Shown: positions 15,597 to 25,208, counted from the stretch's first letter. The stretch: DNA of 32,000 nucleotides from Bellilinea caldifistulae (GCF_001306055.1 NZ_LGHJ01000022.1:1-32000), one strand, 5' to 3'. The notes: generated by a model not told the origin, from the sequence alone. Numbers and translations: made by a program.

Positions 15597-16445
15597 GTGA
15601 GTGAGATGCCGCCAATTCGGACAAATCCTCGAAGGGAATTTCCTTACATTCTTGGGATAGGGTTCATCTCAGTAGGTTTAGCCATCTTTTTAGAACAATT
15701 CTTGAAAACCGGCTGGTTGGTTCTGGTCATTTTACCCATAAGCGGCGCCGTATTTCTGGTAGAGGCTAACCGGACAAAAAAATTGGGCTTATTAATTGCG
15801 GGTGGTTTGATTTTTGGAGCAGGGGTTGGAGGATTTCTGTTTTTCAGTTCCTCACTGTCGCTCAGCCTTGAACAACGGGTTGGCTGGTTGATTCTGGCTT
15901 TTTCGGCTGGTTGGGCATTAATCACCGCTGGTTCGGGATGGGTGACTTCGAAACGGGTTTGGTGGCCCATGATTCCCGGCGGGATTTTGTTCTTCGTTGG
16001 ATTGTGTTTTTTAATCACACCCTTACGTGTGGTTGATTTTGTACTTTTCGTTGTAGGCGGGGTTGGTCTTGTCTTGTTGACGTGGGGTGTGTTCTGGCGT
16101 ATTTTTGGTTTGATTATACCGGGCAGTTTGCTCGTTGCCATTGGACCGGGAATTTATTTTGCATGGGGTACAGACATGGCTGTTAATGCCTTATCTAAAA
16201 CGGGGATGATGATTGCGATCTTTGCGCTGGGTTGGGGGTTAATCATTCTTTTCTCCCGCGTAGTGACCACCAAGTTCATCTGGTGGCCATTAATCCCTGG
16301 GGGCGTGATGGCGGTTGTCGGTTGGGGATTGTACATTGGCGGTGATCCAGGTAATGCCCCATCTTTTATTGCTAACACGGGTTCCATTGGCTTGATCATT
16401 TTTGGTTTGTATCTTCTTCTGCTTAGAAAAGGTATTCATCATTAA
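15597..16445 (+). CDS. polytopic membrane protein with internal duplication and WWPxIPGG motifs (LiaI/LiaF-TM-like)
   Basis: The track start 15573 is TTG. In-frame GTG 15597 lies 5 nt after AGGAGGA (15586-15592); ATG 15606 is also possible. GWLILAFSAGWALITAGSGWVTSKRVWWPMIPGGILFFVGL is repeated as GMMIAIFALGWGLIILFSRVVTTKFIWWPLIPGGVMAVVGW. Confidence 0.75.
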   Translation: MSEMPPIRTNPRREFPYILGIGFISVGLAIFLEQFLKTGWLVLVILPISGAVFLVEANRTKKLGLLIAGGLIFGAGVGGFLFFSSSLSLSLEQRVGWLILAFSAGWALITAGSGWVTSKRVWWPMIPGGILFFVGLCFLITPLRVVDFVLFVVGGVGLVLLTWGVFWRIFGLIIPGSLLVAIGPGIYFAWGTDMAVNALSKTGMMIAIFALGWGLIILFSRVVTTKFIWWPLIPGGVMAVVGWGLYIGGDPGNAPSFIANTGSIGLIIFGLYLLLLRKGIHH

Positions 16446-16506
16446 CTTCGATATCTTTATTCTCCAGGGATGTTTTTTCATTGGTAAAAGGGGATAGTTC
16501 AAAATT

Positions 16507-16527
16507 AGGCGTAAAAAATTTACGCCT
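16507..16527 (+). terminator. hairpin after the membrane-protein gene
   Basis: AGGCGTAAA-AAA-TTTACGCCT, a 9-bp perfect stem, 62 nt after the stop. There is no clear T-tract (GTTCAATCC follows). Confidence 0.3.
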
Positions 16528-16597
16528 GTTCAATCCTTCTAATGTTTGATAAGATTGAAGGTCGGATAATTTTATGGGTTTGAAAGGTTGTAAGTAA

Positions 16598-18457
16598 ATG
16601 AAAGTACAAAGAAAGAATATTCGCAATGTGGCAATTATTGCCCACGTTGATCACGGCAAGACAACCCTGGTGGATGGCTTACTTCGTCAGGCAAGGGTCT
16701 TTCGAGAAAATCAACAGGTTCAAGAACGTGTTATGGACTCGAATGAACTGGAAAGGGAACGGGGCATTACGATTTTGGCAAAAAATACCGCCGTTCTCAT
16801 CCCAGACCCACAAACGGGCGAGATGGTCAAAATCAATATTGTTGATACACCCGGCCATGCTGATTTTGGCGGCGAGGTGGAACGGGTGATGAACATGGTG
16901 GATGGGGTGTTATTACTGGTAGATGCTGCGGAGGGACCGATGCCTCAGACCCGATTTGTTCTCAAAAAAGCCCTGGAGATGGGACATCAGGCAATTGTTG
17001 TCATCAATAAAATGGACCGCCGCGATGCCGAACCCGACCGGGTTTTGAACGATACCTTTGATTTATTCATTGAGTTGGGAGCCAGCGAAAGCCAGGCCAA
17101 CTTTCCGGTAATTTATACCAATGCAATTTCCCAGCAAGCCGGACTGACACCGGAATTATCCCCGGATTTGCAACCTTTATTTGATGCAATTCTCCGACAT
17201 ATCCCCTGCCCTGAGGTTGATCTGGACGCTCCTTTTCAGATGCTGGTGACCAACCTCGGCTACGATGAATATCGCGGCGTTACCGCCATTGGGCGGGTGA
17301 ATGCAGGTAAGGTCATCAACGGTCAACCCATCGCACGGATTACACTGCAGGGGGAAGTATTGCCGGAGAGAGCCAGATATCTGTTCGTCTTTCAGGGGCT
17401 GGAAAAAGTTGAGGTGGACGAAGTTCTGGCGGGTGATATTGGCGTGATCGCCGGTCTGGAAGGTGTGGAAATTGGCGAGACACTGGCCGATCCAGAGCAG
17501 CCAGTGGCTCTACCGCCAATACGGGTGGAAGAACCGACCGTGAGGATGACTTTTGGGGTCAATACCTCTCCTTTTGCTGGAAAAGAAGGAAAATGGAGTA
17601 CCTCCCGCAAATTACGCGAAAGGTTATTTGCCGAGCTACGCAATAATGTTGCACTCCGGGTTGAAGAAACCGAAAATGCGGACACCTTTCTGGTTTCCGG
17701 TCGAGGAGAATTGCACCTGGCCATTCTGATTGAAACCATGCGTCGTGAGGGATATGAATTTCAGGTTTCGCGACCCGAAGCCATTCTCAAAGAAGGTGGG
17801 AATGGAGAAATTTTGGAACCTTATGAAGAGGTTCATATTGAAACCAGTGCGGATACAGTCGGAGCCGTGGTGGAAATGTTGGGTGCCAGAAAGGGCCAGA
17901 TGATCAATCTGGTCAATAACCCGGATAATACCGTAACCCTCGTCTACGTCGTTCCAACACGTGGCCTGTTGGGATTCCGCTATCAATTCCTGACGGCTAC
18001 ACGCGGCATGGGGGTGATACATACCTTGTTTCATGGCTACGCTCCCTATGCTGGTCCAATTCCGACCCGTAACAGCAGCTCGATTGTGGCCTGGGAAGCG
18101 GGAATGACGACCAATTACGGTCTAAAAAACGCTGAAGAGCGCGGTATCTTGTTCTATGGGCCTGGGGTTGAAGTTTACGAAGGCATGGTCGTTGGCGAAA
18201 CCCTGCGGTCAAGCGATCTGGTTGTGAATGTATGTAAAAAGAAACACCTGACCAACATGCGTTCATCGAATAAGGACATCGAGGTGCGCCTGACAACTCC
18301 CCGCACAATGAGCCTGGACGAAGCCATTGAGTACCTTGCTGAGGATGAGCTTTTGGAAGTGACCCCCAAGAGTTTTCGAATTCGCAAGAAGATCCTCGAT
18401 ACAGAAGAACGCGGAAAGCAGACAAAACGTGCTAAAGAATTGTATGAGGTCGGGTAG
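16598..18457 (+). CDS. typA: translational GTPase TypA/BipA
   Basis: [19 protein letters not shown] (G1), [14 protein letters not shown] (G3), NKMD (G4), and EF-G-like domains through a BipA-specific C-terminus. 619 aa. Confidence 0.95.
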   Translation: MKVQRKNIRNVAIIAHVDHGKTTLVDGLLRQARVFRENQQVQERVMDSNELERERGITILAKNTAVLIPDPQTGEMVKINIVDTPGHADFGGEVERVMNMVDGVLLLVDAAEGPMPQTRFVLKKALEMGHQAIVVINKMDRRDAEPDRVLNDTFDLFIELGASESQANFPVIYTNAISQQAGLTPELSPDLQPLFDAILRHIPCPEVDLDAPFQMLVTNLGYDEYRGVTAIGRVNAGKVINGQPIARITLQGEVLPERARYLFVFQGLEKVEVDEVLAGDIGVIAGLEGVEIGETLADPEQPVALPPIRVEEPTVRMTFGVNTSPFAGKEGKWSTSRKLRERLFAELRNNVALRVEETENADTFLVSGRGELHLAILIETMRREGYEFQVSRPEAILKEGGNGEILEPYEEVHIETSADTVGAVVEMLGARKGQMINLVNNPDNTVTLVYVVPTRGLLGFRYQFLTATRGMGVIHTLFHGYAPYAGPIPTRNSSSIVAWEAGMTTNYGLKNAEERGILFYGPGVEVYEGMVVGETLRSSDLVVNVCKKKHLTNMRSSNKDIEVRLTTPRTMSLDEAIEYLAEDELLEVTPKSFRIRKKILDTEERGKQTKRAKELYEVG

Positions 18458-19955
18458 TCCGCGGTTGAGATGGGTTTGGTTCGTGATTGTTGCTCTGGCG
18501 ATGGGTAATTGTGCCAGTCCAACGATACTGCCGGCAACACCAACTCCTATTTTACAAGAAACCACACCGATACCCGTTACAGAATCTACCCCGACCGCCA
18601 TGGGGTTTACCCCTACGTCAGATGTGCCTGAAATCACTCCCGCTCCACAGGCTTTACCAGCCTACACCATTCAGGCGATTTACGACGCTGCTCAGAAAAG
18701 AGTTGCCGTCAATCAGGTGATTCAATTTACGCATCTTTCCGTTAAACCGCTCAGTGAAATTTTGCTGATTGTTGAACCGAATCGCTTCCCGAACGGGTTT
18801 GTATTGAGCAGGTTGGAAAATCAAATTACCGGTCAGGCATTGGATTGGGAATTGCAGCGAAACTGGCTGAGAATTGCGTTAGACGCGCCTTTGTCCTTCC
18901 AGGATTCTATTTCCATTGTGGCGGAATATAGCCTGCAATTACCCGAAATACCCCCGCCTTCTGATACGAGCAAACCCCAAATTTATGGTTACACACTGCG
19001 TCAAACCAATCTGGTGGATTGGTATTTGTGGCTGCCCCCCTATAACGAAGATACTGGCTGGGTAATTCACCCACCGGCTTTCTTTGGAGAATATACGGTC
19101 TACCCACTGGCGGATTTTGAGGTTATTTTTGATGTGGTCAATTCTCCGCGGCAGGTGATTGTTGCAGCCAGTTCAAGTCCTGTTGAAAATCATCAAAATC
19201 ATTGGGAATATCGCCTAAGCCAAGCCAGAAACTTTGCAATTTCGATCAGCGCCGATTTTGAAGTGAATGAGGTAGAGGTGGATGGGGTGAAAATCAGCCA
19301 CTACTTCTTCCCATTGTATCGGCGGCAGGGAGAAGTCGTGTTAAATCACACGCTTCAGGCTTTTCGGCTTTATTCTGAATTGTTTGGTGAATTATCACGT
19401 TCATCCATCAGCGTGGTACAGGCTGATTTTTTGGATGGCATGGAATTTGATGGATTGTTTTTCCTGAGCAAGGGATTTTATGACCTTTATGATGGAACGG
19501 ATAAGGGTTACTTAACCCTGATTACGGTTCATGAAACCGCCCATCAATGGTGGTATGCTGAGGTTGCCAATGATCAGGCGCAACATCCATGGCTGGATGA
19601 ATCTCTTTGTACTTACGCTGAGCGATTGTATTATGAACGATACTTACCGGAGTTGGTTGATTGGTGGTGGTTTTATCGAGTAAATTTTTACCAACCTCAA
19701 GGGGTGATTGATTTGCCGGTTTATGATTATAACGGGTATCTGGCATATCGAGATGCGGTTTATTTGCGCGGGGCAGCATTTCTCGAAGAACTGAGAAACT
19801 TTGTTGGGAATGAGTCTTTTTTTGAAGGATTGGCGCTCTACTATGCGGATAATAGCGGGAAAATTGCCGCTCCTGATGATTTTTTTAAAGCCTTCAACCT
19901 CACCGAACAAGATGTAAGGGAGAGGTTCAGTTCATTCTTTGCTTCTTCACCATGA
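18444..19955 (+). CDS. secreted M1-family (gluzincin) metallopeptidase with Pro/Thr-rich N-terminal linker
   Basis: HETAH followed 18 residues later by E (WLDES) gives HExxH-x18-E. Signal-like N-terminus [23 protein letters not shown]. Start chosen at ATG 18444 (TTG 18465 is an alternative). It overlaps the typA 3' end by 14 nt. Confidence 0.8.
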   Translation: MRSGSPRLRWVWFVIVALAMGNCASPTILPATPTPILQETTPIPVTESTPTAMGFTPTSDVPEITPAPQALPAYTIQAIYDAAQKRVAVNQVIQFTHLSVKPLSEILLIVEPNRFPNGFVLSRLENQITGQALDWELQRNWLRIALDAPLSFQDSISIVAEYSLQLPEIPPPSDTSKPQIYGYTLRQTNLVDWYLWLPPYNEDTGWVIHPPAFFGEYTVYPLADFEVIFDVVNSPRQVIVAASSSPVENHQNHWEYRLSQARNFAISISADFEVNEVEVDGVKISHYFFPLYRRQGEVVLNHTLQAFRLYSELFGELSRSSISVVQADFLDGMEFDGLFFLSKGFYDLYDGTDKGYLTLITVHETAHQWWYAEVANDQAQHPWLDESLCTYAERLYYERYLPELVDWWWFYRVNFYQPQGVIDLPVYDYNGYLAYRDAVYLRGAAFLEELRNFVGNESFFEGLALYYADNSGKIAAPDDFFKAFNLTEQDVRERFSSFFASSP

Positions 19956-19958
19956 AGA

Positions 19959-20843
19959 TTAAACAATCAACCGGTTCAGGGTAAAAATTCCCAATCCCAT
20001 GCCGGCACAAACTTCAATCCCCGATGAACTTCCCCATTCCAAGACATCTTGAATGGCATAGTCCTCAACAGGTCGAAGACCGGTGATCATCGCAAAGGCG
20101 TGCAGCAAGCGTTCGTCAATTTCTCCCTGAGCGGCTGCTTTAACCAGATTCAGACTAATGGATGTTGTACGGCTTTCAATTGCGCGAAGCAGCACCTGGT
20201 GAAGTTGACTCAAATCCAGTTTTGGACTGCCTGCCCAACGATAGAGGGTATAAATCCACCCCATCAGTAAATCGTCCCCCGAAGGCGTAAGCCCACGGCC
20301 TCTCCCGGCAAAAAAACGTATGGGAAGAAAACAATTGGCGGGCGAAGCGATAGCATTTTGAACCAGTCTTTCCAGCGCTAATTGAGTTTCGGATTCGGAT
20401 GGATGAGCTGGTGAGGAATTATCCATGAAGGCAAGCACCTCTTCCAATAAGGCTACAGAATGATCTAAACGGGAGCGTAGAGTCAATAAGACGGCTACGG
20501 ATTGCTTTAGATCAGGAAGTGTGGAAATGGGGCTGGATAACCTTTTGGATGAATAAATGGTGACCTTGCTGGTTTGAATAATGGTAGAAGAATGCTCAAA
20601 ATGGATTGTCGTTTCGGAAAGATTGACCGGTTCGCCGGGATGGACTGGAAGAACCGATAAATCCGAATTTATGTTAATGGTAAGGGGATTACCAAACCGG
20701 CTGTTTGACAGGAAGAGGATGGATTGATCGGCGAGTTTGAGGAACACGCCCTTTGAAGTTATTCCGATTACTTCGCCGGAACGATTCTTTTTGAGACTTT
20801 CGGCGGCACATAGCCCGATTTGATTAGCGGAAAAAATTTTCAC
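19959..20843 (-). CDS. DUF2877 (AllH-like) domain protein
   Basis: GRGRGLTPSGDDLLMGW and the C-terminal WGSSSGIEVCAGMGLG match my recollection of the DUF2877 family. GTG start. Assignment is from memory only. Confidence 0.55.
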   Translation of the reverse strand: MKIFSANQIGLCAAESLKKNRSGEVIGITSKGVFLKLADQSILFLSNSRFGNPLTININSDLSVLPVHPGEPVNLSETTIHFEHSSTIIQTSKVTIYSSKRLSSPISTLPDLKQSVAVLLTLRSRLDHSVALLEEVLAFMDNSSPAHPSESETQLALERLVQNAIASPANCFLPIRFFAGRGRGLTPSGDDLLMGWIYTLYRWAGSPKLDLSQLHQVLLRAIESRTTSISLNLVKAAAQGEIDERLLHAFAMITGLRPVEDYAIQDVLEWGSSSGIEVCAGMGLGIFTLNRLIV

Positions 20844-20890
20844 ATTTTGGCCTTTATAAGGATGTCAGACAATTTTATGAGGAATGTCAG

Positions 20891-20919
20891 TTGACACCAA
20901 GAGGGTTTTATATGATAAT
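20891..20919 (+). promoter_or_regulatory. candidate promoter of the cyclase operon
   Basis: TTGACA (20891-20896), 17 nt, GATAAT (20914-20919). This implies a leader of roughly 265 nt before ATG 21192. Confidence 0.45.
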
Positions 20920-21191
20920 TTTGATAGTTGTTCCTGTTTTTTCTACTAAATTTTAACCTCATATTTCGGGTTACAGGGTAAAACGAAACACATTATGTCA
21001 ATGATCTGGTTCTGCTCCAGCAGAATGTACCGGGCACATAACTGGCAGGTAAATGCTTATGGGATTTTTATGCCCTTATCCAAGTCTAAATAATCTCTCT
21101 GAGAGTTCAGATCAGGGAGATTTTTGTTTCCGGTAGGACATTGCGATCACCGAACCGCTTCTTAAAATCACCTAAACAAGGAGAAAAGATT

Positions 21192-22073
21192 ATGAAATTG
21201 ATTGATTTAACTATTCCTCTTGGTATTGGCACTCCTCCCTGGCCGACCTATGAACCTTTGCAGGTCAAATACTTCAAACGGCTTGCCCCTAACGGCGCCA
21301 ACGGCCAGGTGTTGACCCATTCTAATCATCTTGGCACTCACCTTGACGGTGAAATCCATTTTCACACCCCCGGTAAGGACATGGCATCGCTGGACATGGA
21401 TTTTCTGGTGCATGAGGCGGCCATTGTTGATCTTTCGGATGTATGCGGGGACTACGATGTATATACCAGCAAAATGGTAGAAGAGCGGGTGGAAGTCAAA
21501 GAAGGTGACATCTTGATTATCCATACCGGTTATCATCATTTTGGCTGGGATCAACCGCACGCCAATGAGGTGCGTTACATGGTGATGCACCCCGGTCCCG
21601 ATCGCGAATTTGCAGACTGGGCAAAAGCCAAAAAACTTCGCTGGATTGGTGTGGATTGTGGCAGCGCTGATCATCCGATGAACACCATCATTCGTGACTG
21701 GATGCCGCGTCAGGCACGTCAGGCGGAAAAAGTATTTCGCAAGAAATACGGCATGGGGCTGGCTGAATTTTTTGATGATAGCAAGTACCAGTTAATGCAC
21801 CTTGAAATGTTCCCGTACGGGATCATCCATGCTGAATGCATTGGCGGCGACATTGACCTGCTGTTGAATCGGCGGGTGACGGTGGGGTTCTTCCCGTGGC
21901 GCTTTGTGGATGGGGAGGCCAGCATTGGACGTTGTGTGGCGATGGTCAACGATGATGAGTACGAAGAATTGATGAAGAAGAAAGCAGAACTTCCCAAGAC
22001 GAAATTCGGTGATGCTTACAACCCCGCCCATATTGAGAGCATCAACGCGATTTCTAAAGCCAATTTATCTTAA
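21192..22073 (+). CDS. putative cyclase-family metal-dependent hydrolase (kynurenine formamidase / isatin hydrolase-like fold)
   Basis: HLGTHLDGEIHF matches the HxGTHxDxPxH motif of PF04199. The track start 21141 is TTG. ATG 21192 follows AAGGAGAA (21177-21184) and gives MKLIDLTIPL. Confidence 0.85.
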   Translation: MKLIDLTIPLGIGTPPWPTYEPLQVKYFKRLAPNGANGQVLTHSNHLGTHLDGEIHFHTPGKDMASLDMDFLVHEAAIVDLSDVCGDYDVYTSKMVEERVEVKEGDILIIHTGYHHFGWDQPHANEVRYMVMHPGPDREFADWAKAKKLRWIGVDCGSADHPMNTIIRDWMPRQARQAEKVFRKKYGMGLAEFFDDSKYQLMHLEMFPYGIIHAECIGGDIDLLLNRRVTVGFFPWRFVDGEASIGRCVAMVNDDEYEELMKKKAELPKTKFGDAYNPAHIESINAISKANLS

Positions 22074-22105
22074 TTCCACTTCAAATCAAATTCTGGAGGA
22101 ATACG

Positions 22106-22888
22106 ATGAGATTACCAACCCCCGAAAAAGTCAGTGAACAGAAGATCACCTTCGATGTTGAGGAGATCGAACCCATTCTGCAAGCTCCGGCAATGGATTT
22201 GAAACCCTGGCCGGGCGCCATGGTGACACTGAAAGATGGGCGGGTCATGTATATCCGCGAAGCAAAGCTCGAAGAAGCTCCAATGATGCTGGAATACATG
22301 AAAAAGGTCATGGAAGTAGATCACGACTTCTATGATATTGTTGGGGCGCGTGTCTATGCCGAAATTCTGGGCTGGTACCGCAAACGCCTCAAAGATCCCT
22401 ATACCCTGGTTGGGTTGATTGACGGTTTATGGGCGGGGTTTGCCAATGGGCGGCTTTTAAACGAGGACATCAACATCAGCCTGCACACCATGGCGCTGAT
22501 CCGCGGTGGCCGAATTGGAGCGGTGATGTATTATGCCAAAGCCTACTATGGATTTGAAATTTTGGGCAACAAAGAATGGTGGGCAACCTATGAAAGCTAC
22601 AACGGTTGGATGCGCTGGGGGATTGGTATGGCACAACCGAGTTATCCATGGCCGGAATATCAGCATGAGCTGGGCGGAGCCCGTGTTTATTATGTGACCA
22701 AGAAATACTGGGATAAAGTCGTAAAAGACTACATCCGCCAGATGGCCGGAACGGAACTGGTATTTGATGTACCGGATGAAGTCATCAAAGCCAATGAGGT
22801 CATGCGGGTACCAGACGAAGTTTTGGTATACAGAATTATCCACAGTAGAGCAGAGCCAGTCCGACTGGCTCTGCTCATTTTTGCGTGA
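22106..22888 (+). CDS. hypothetical protein (possibly GNAT-like fold; weak)
   Basis: 260-aa ORF. ATG follows GGAGGA (22094-22099). The YIREAKLEEAPMMLEYM and RGGRIGAVM segments are vaguely GNAT-like. The last 14 codons are encoded by a terminator-like hairpin. Confidence 0.7.
   Translation: MRLPTPEKVSEQKITFDVEEIEPILQAPAMDLKPWPGAMVTLKDGRVMYIREAKLEEAPMMLEYMKKVMEVDHDFYDIVGARVYAEILGWYRKRLKDPYTLVGLIDGLWAGFANGRLLNEDINISLHTMALIRGGRIGAVMYYAKAYYGFEILGNKEWWATYESYNGWMRWGIGMAQPSYPWPEYQHELGGARVYYVTKKYWDKVVKDYIRQMAGTELVFDVPDEVIKANEVMRVPDEVLVYRIIHSRAEPVRLALLIFA
22848..22882 (+). terminator. perfect 13-bp hairpin plus T5 inside the 3' end of the preceding CDS
   Basis: GAGCAGAGCCAGT (22848-22860), loop CCG, ACTGGCTCTGCTC (22864-22876), then A-TTTTT (22878-22882). 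The stop codon of the host CDS is at 22886-22888 and the next ATG at 22888. Confidence 0.55.
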
Positions 22889-23982
22889 TGAAACCGATGC
22901 AGTACCCCAGAAACATTTTCCGGCGTAAAGCACTGACCGCTTTTGGGCGGTTAATTCTTCCTTTACTGGCAGAGATTAAGACCAGCGGCCTTCACCGGTT
23001 GCCCCGTAAAGGGCCAGCTATTCTGGCAGGTAATCACGAGAATATTGTAGAAGTGGTCTTGATGGCAGTCTATTCTCCGGCCATTGTCGAATTTTTAGGT
23101 ACAGGTGATGTGCCGATTGATCCGCGATTTAGATGGCTGGCTGATCTGTATCAGTTTATTCCGGTCAAGCGGGGTAATATCGATCGAACGGCAATTTATG
23201 CTGCGCTGGAGGTGTTGAAGGCCAATGGCGTTGTTGGAATTTTTCCACAAGGGGGTATCTGGGGCGCTGATATGAAGAGCGGAAGGAGCGGTGTGGCAGT
23301 CTTGAGCTATCTATCTGGAGCGCCAGTATACCCGATTGGTTTTGGCGGGTTGAAGGGTGCGCTGAGCAAGATGATGCATTTCAAGAGGCCGCGTTTGACC
23401 CTGCGGGTGGGCGATCCTCTCCAAATGACAACGGGTGAGCATAACAAATCCATCTCTAAGAATGACCTCGACCGGTTTTCTTCCCTGGTGATGGAACGAA
23501 TAGTCGAGTTGTTGCCGCCTGAAGAACAAAAATCAACCCGAAAAGTGCAGGAAAATTTTGATGTAGAGGTTTTCGTTCGAAAGAACGGCGATTATTCAGA
23601 AGTAAAATTGATGCTGGATGAACAAACAAGGCTTGGATTGGGTGTTTTATTCCACTATCCGGTTCTGCTGGATACCTTCAAACGCAACTTGGGCCTTCCG
23701 GTGGGATGTTTACAACAAATTGGTGAGCCCATCTTGGTTCAAGAGGTGCATGAGGCAATAGGCGCTATTCTCGATTATCTGGAACGGGAAAACCCCGGTT
23801 TCTTCACCTATCGTTTCGGGATCGACCGGGGGATTTTAATAAAGAATGCCCTTGAAGTCTTCAGGTTGTGTGCAGAACAACATTTGGAGGATCGAATTTT
23901 CGTCTTTCCAATTTATGAATACTCCGAAAATGGTCACTTAATACGCCTTCGAGGAGTAGATTCTCTTCATCCGCCAGCTTGA
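22888..23982 (+). CDS. lysophospholipid acyltransferase (PlsC/LPLAT)-family protein with ~170-aa uncharacterised C-terminal extension
   Basis: GPAILAGNHENIVEV (an HX4D-like block I with E in place of D) and GIFPQGG (FPEG-like block III). The ATG overlaps the upstream TGA by 1 nt (GTGATGA). The 3' end overlaps the convergent lhgO by 16 nt. Confidence 0.75.
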   Translation: MKPMQYPRNIFRRKALTAFGRLILPLLAEIKTSGLHRLPRKGPAILAGNHENIVEVVLMAVYSPAIVEFLGTGDVPIDPRFRWLADLYQFIPVKRGNIDRTAIYAALEVLKANGVVGIFPQGGIWGADMKSGRSGVAVLSYLSGAPVYPIGFGGLKGALSKMMHFKRPRLTLRVGDPLQMTTGEHNKSISKNDLDRFSSLVMERIVELLPPEEQKSTRKVQENFDVEVFVRKNGDYSEVKLMLDEQTRLGLGVLFHYPVLLDTFKRNLGLPVGCLQQIGEPILVQEVHEAIGAILDYLERENPGFFTYRFGIDRGILIKNALEVFRLCAEQHLEDRIFVFPIYEYSENGHLIRLRGVDSLHPPA

Positions 23983-25208
23983 ATTGGAACCCGCTTCTCG
24001 TTTAGGTCGAAATTTCGGATAGCCATTGAGGCAATGGTTTTTCCAATGCTGAGCGAAGCAGTCGCGGCTGGTGACGGAGCGTTCAGCACATGAATCATTC
24101 CGGCGGCTTCGACAATTCGGAAGTCATCCACGAGAGCGCCACTGGGTTCAAGAGCCTGAGCACGAACACCGGCTCCGCTACGATGAACATCTTCCATCCC
24201 AAGATCCGGGATTAATTTCTGCAAAGCAGAAACAAAAGCGCGTTTGGAAAGCGATCGGTAAAATTCGTCGAAACCCATCCGCCAGTATTTCAATCCCATC
24301 CGCCAAAATCCGATGAAGGTGGCATAAGTCAACATATCGGGGATAGAAATATCGCTAATCTTATACCCTTCCCGCTTAAAAGCCAGAACTGCATTCGGGC
24401 CGGCTTCGATGCCCCCGGTCACCCGGCGGGTGAAGTGTACCCCGAGGAAGGGGAAACGAGGATCAGGGACAGGGTAAATCAAATTCTTAACCAGATAGTG
24501 TTTTTCGGGAATGATATCGTAATATTCCCCACGGAAGGGGATGATCTGCAAACCGGGATTGACTCCGCACTTTTTGGCAATTCGATCTGAGTACAAACCA
24601 CCACAATTGATCAGATAACGGCTCTTAACTTCACCGCTGCTGGTATGGAGAATAAGCTCATCGCCTTTAAGGGTTAGAGATTGGAAAGCGCTGTTGGTCA
24701 AAATTTGACCGCCTTCGGAACGGAATATTTCAGCGTATTTTTCAACAACCTGCACATAATCTACAATTCCGGTTTGAGGTACATAAATTCCGGCCAATCC
24801 AGTCGCATGGGGTTCATATTCTCTGATTTCAGCGGAGGACAGGCGGCGTAAGCCGGTTAATCCGTTTGCCTGTCCGCGCTCGAGCAGGGCATCCAGTCGG
24901 GGCAACTCATCCGGCGTGGTGGCTACAATCACTTTACCGCAGTTTTCATGGCGGATGTTGTGTTCCTGACAGAATTGATAAAGGGCTTGTCTTCCCTCAA
25001 CGCAGTTCCGGGCTTTGAGTGATCCGGGCTTGTAGTAAATTCCAGAGTGAATGACACCGCTGTTGTTTCCGGTTTGATGGGCAGCCAGTTTCTTTTCCGC
25101 TTCCAGCACCACAATTTTGGCTGAAGTTTGTCTGGAAAGCGCCAGGGCAGTTGCCATACCAACAATCCCACCGCCGATGATTGCTATATCAAAGGTTCTT
25201 TCACTCAT
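23967..25208 (-). CDS. lhgO: L-2-hydroxyglutarate oxidase/dehydrogenase (FAD-dependent)
   Basis: FDIAIIGGGIVGMATA dinucleotide fold. HQTGNNSGVIHSGIYYKPGSLKA, PFRGEYY, GPNAVLAFKREGY, GVRAQA and NAPSPAATAS run colinear with E. coli LhgO/YgaF as I remember it. Confidence 0.9.
   Translation of the reverse strand: MSERTFDIAIIGGGIVGMATALALSRQTSAKIVVLEAEKKLAAHQTGNNSGVIHSGIYYKPGSLKARNCVEGRQALYQFCQEHNIRHENCGKVIVATTPDELPRLDALLERGQANGLTGLRRLSSAEIREYEPHATGLAGIYVPQTGIVDYVQVVEKYAEIFRSEGGQILTNSAFQSLTLKGDELILHTSSGEVKSRYLINCGGLYSDRIAKKCGVNPGLQIIPFRGEYYDIIPEKHYLVKNLIYPVPDPRFPFLGVHFTRRVTGGIEAGPNAVLAFKREGYKISDISIPDMLTYATFIGFWRMGLKYWRMGFDEFYRSLSKRAFVSALQKLIPDLGMEDVHRSGAGVRAQALEPSGALVDDFRIVEAAGMIHVLNAPSPAATASLSIGKTIASMAIRNFDLNEKRVPIQAGG

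Noticed and set aside
15644-16626. Minus-strand ORFs 15644-16141, 16154-16399, 16290-16502 and 16423-16626
   Set aside because: They are antisense to the membrane-protein gene. The products are K/P/T-rich with no TM or domain logic. The plus frame shows an internal duplication and a conserved WWPxIPGG motif.
17392-18637. Minus-strand ORFs overlapping typA and the M1 peptidase start
   Set aside because: These are shadows of the GTPase gene, whose G1-G4 motifs fix the frame.
20995-21093. 32-codon uORF (MSMIWFCSSRMYRAHNWQVNAYGIFMPLSKSK) and TPP-riboswitch-like fragments in the cyclase leader
   Set aside because: The uORF has no SD and its two Trp codons are not clustered. CTGAGA and GATCTGG..CCAG occur in the wrong order for a TPP aptamer.
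21207-22933. Minus-strand ORFs 21207-21674, 21719-22031, 22081-22324 and 22457-22933
   Set aside because: They are antisense to the cyclase and middle genes, which have strong RBSs and tight operon spacing.
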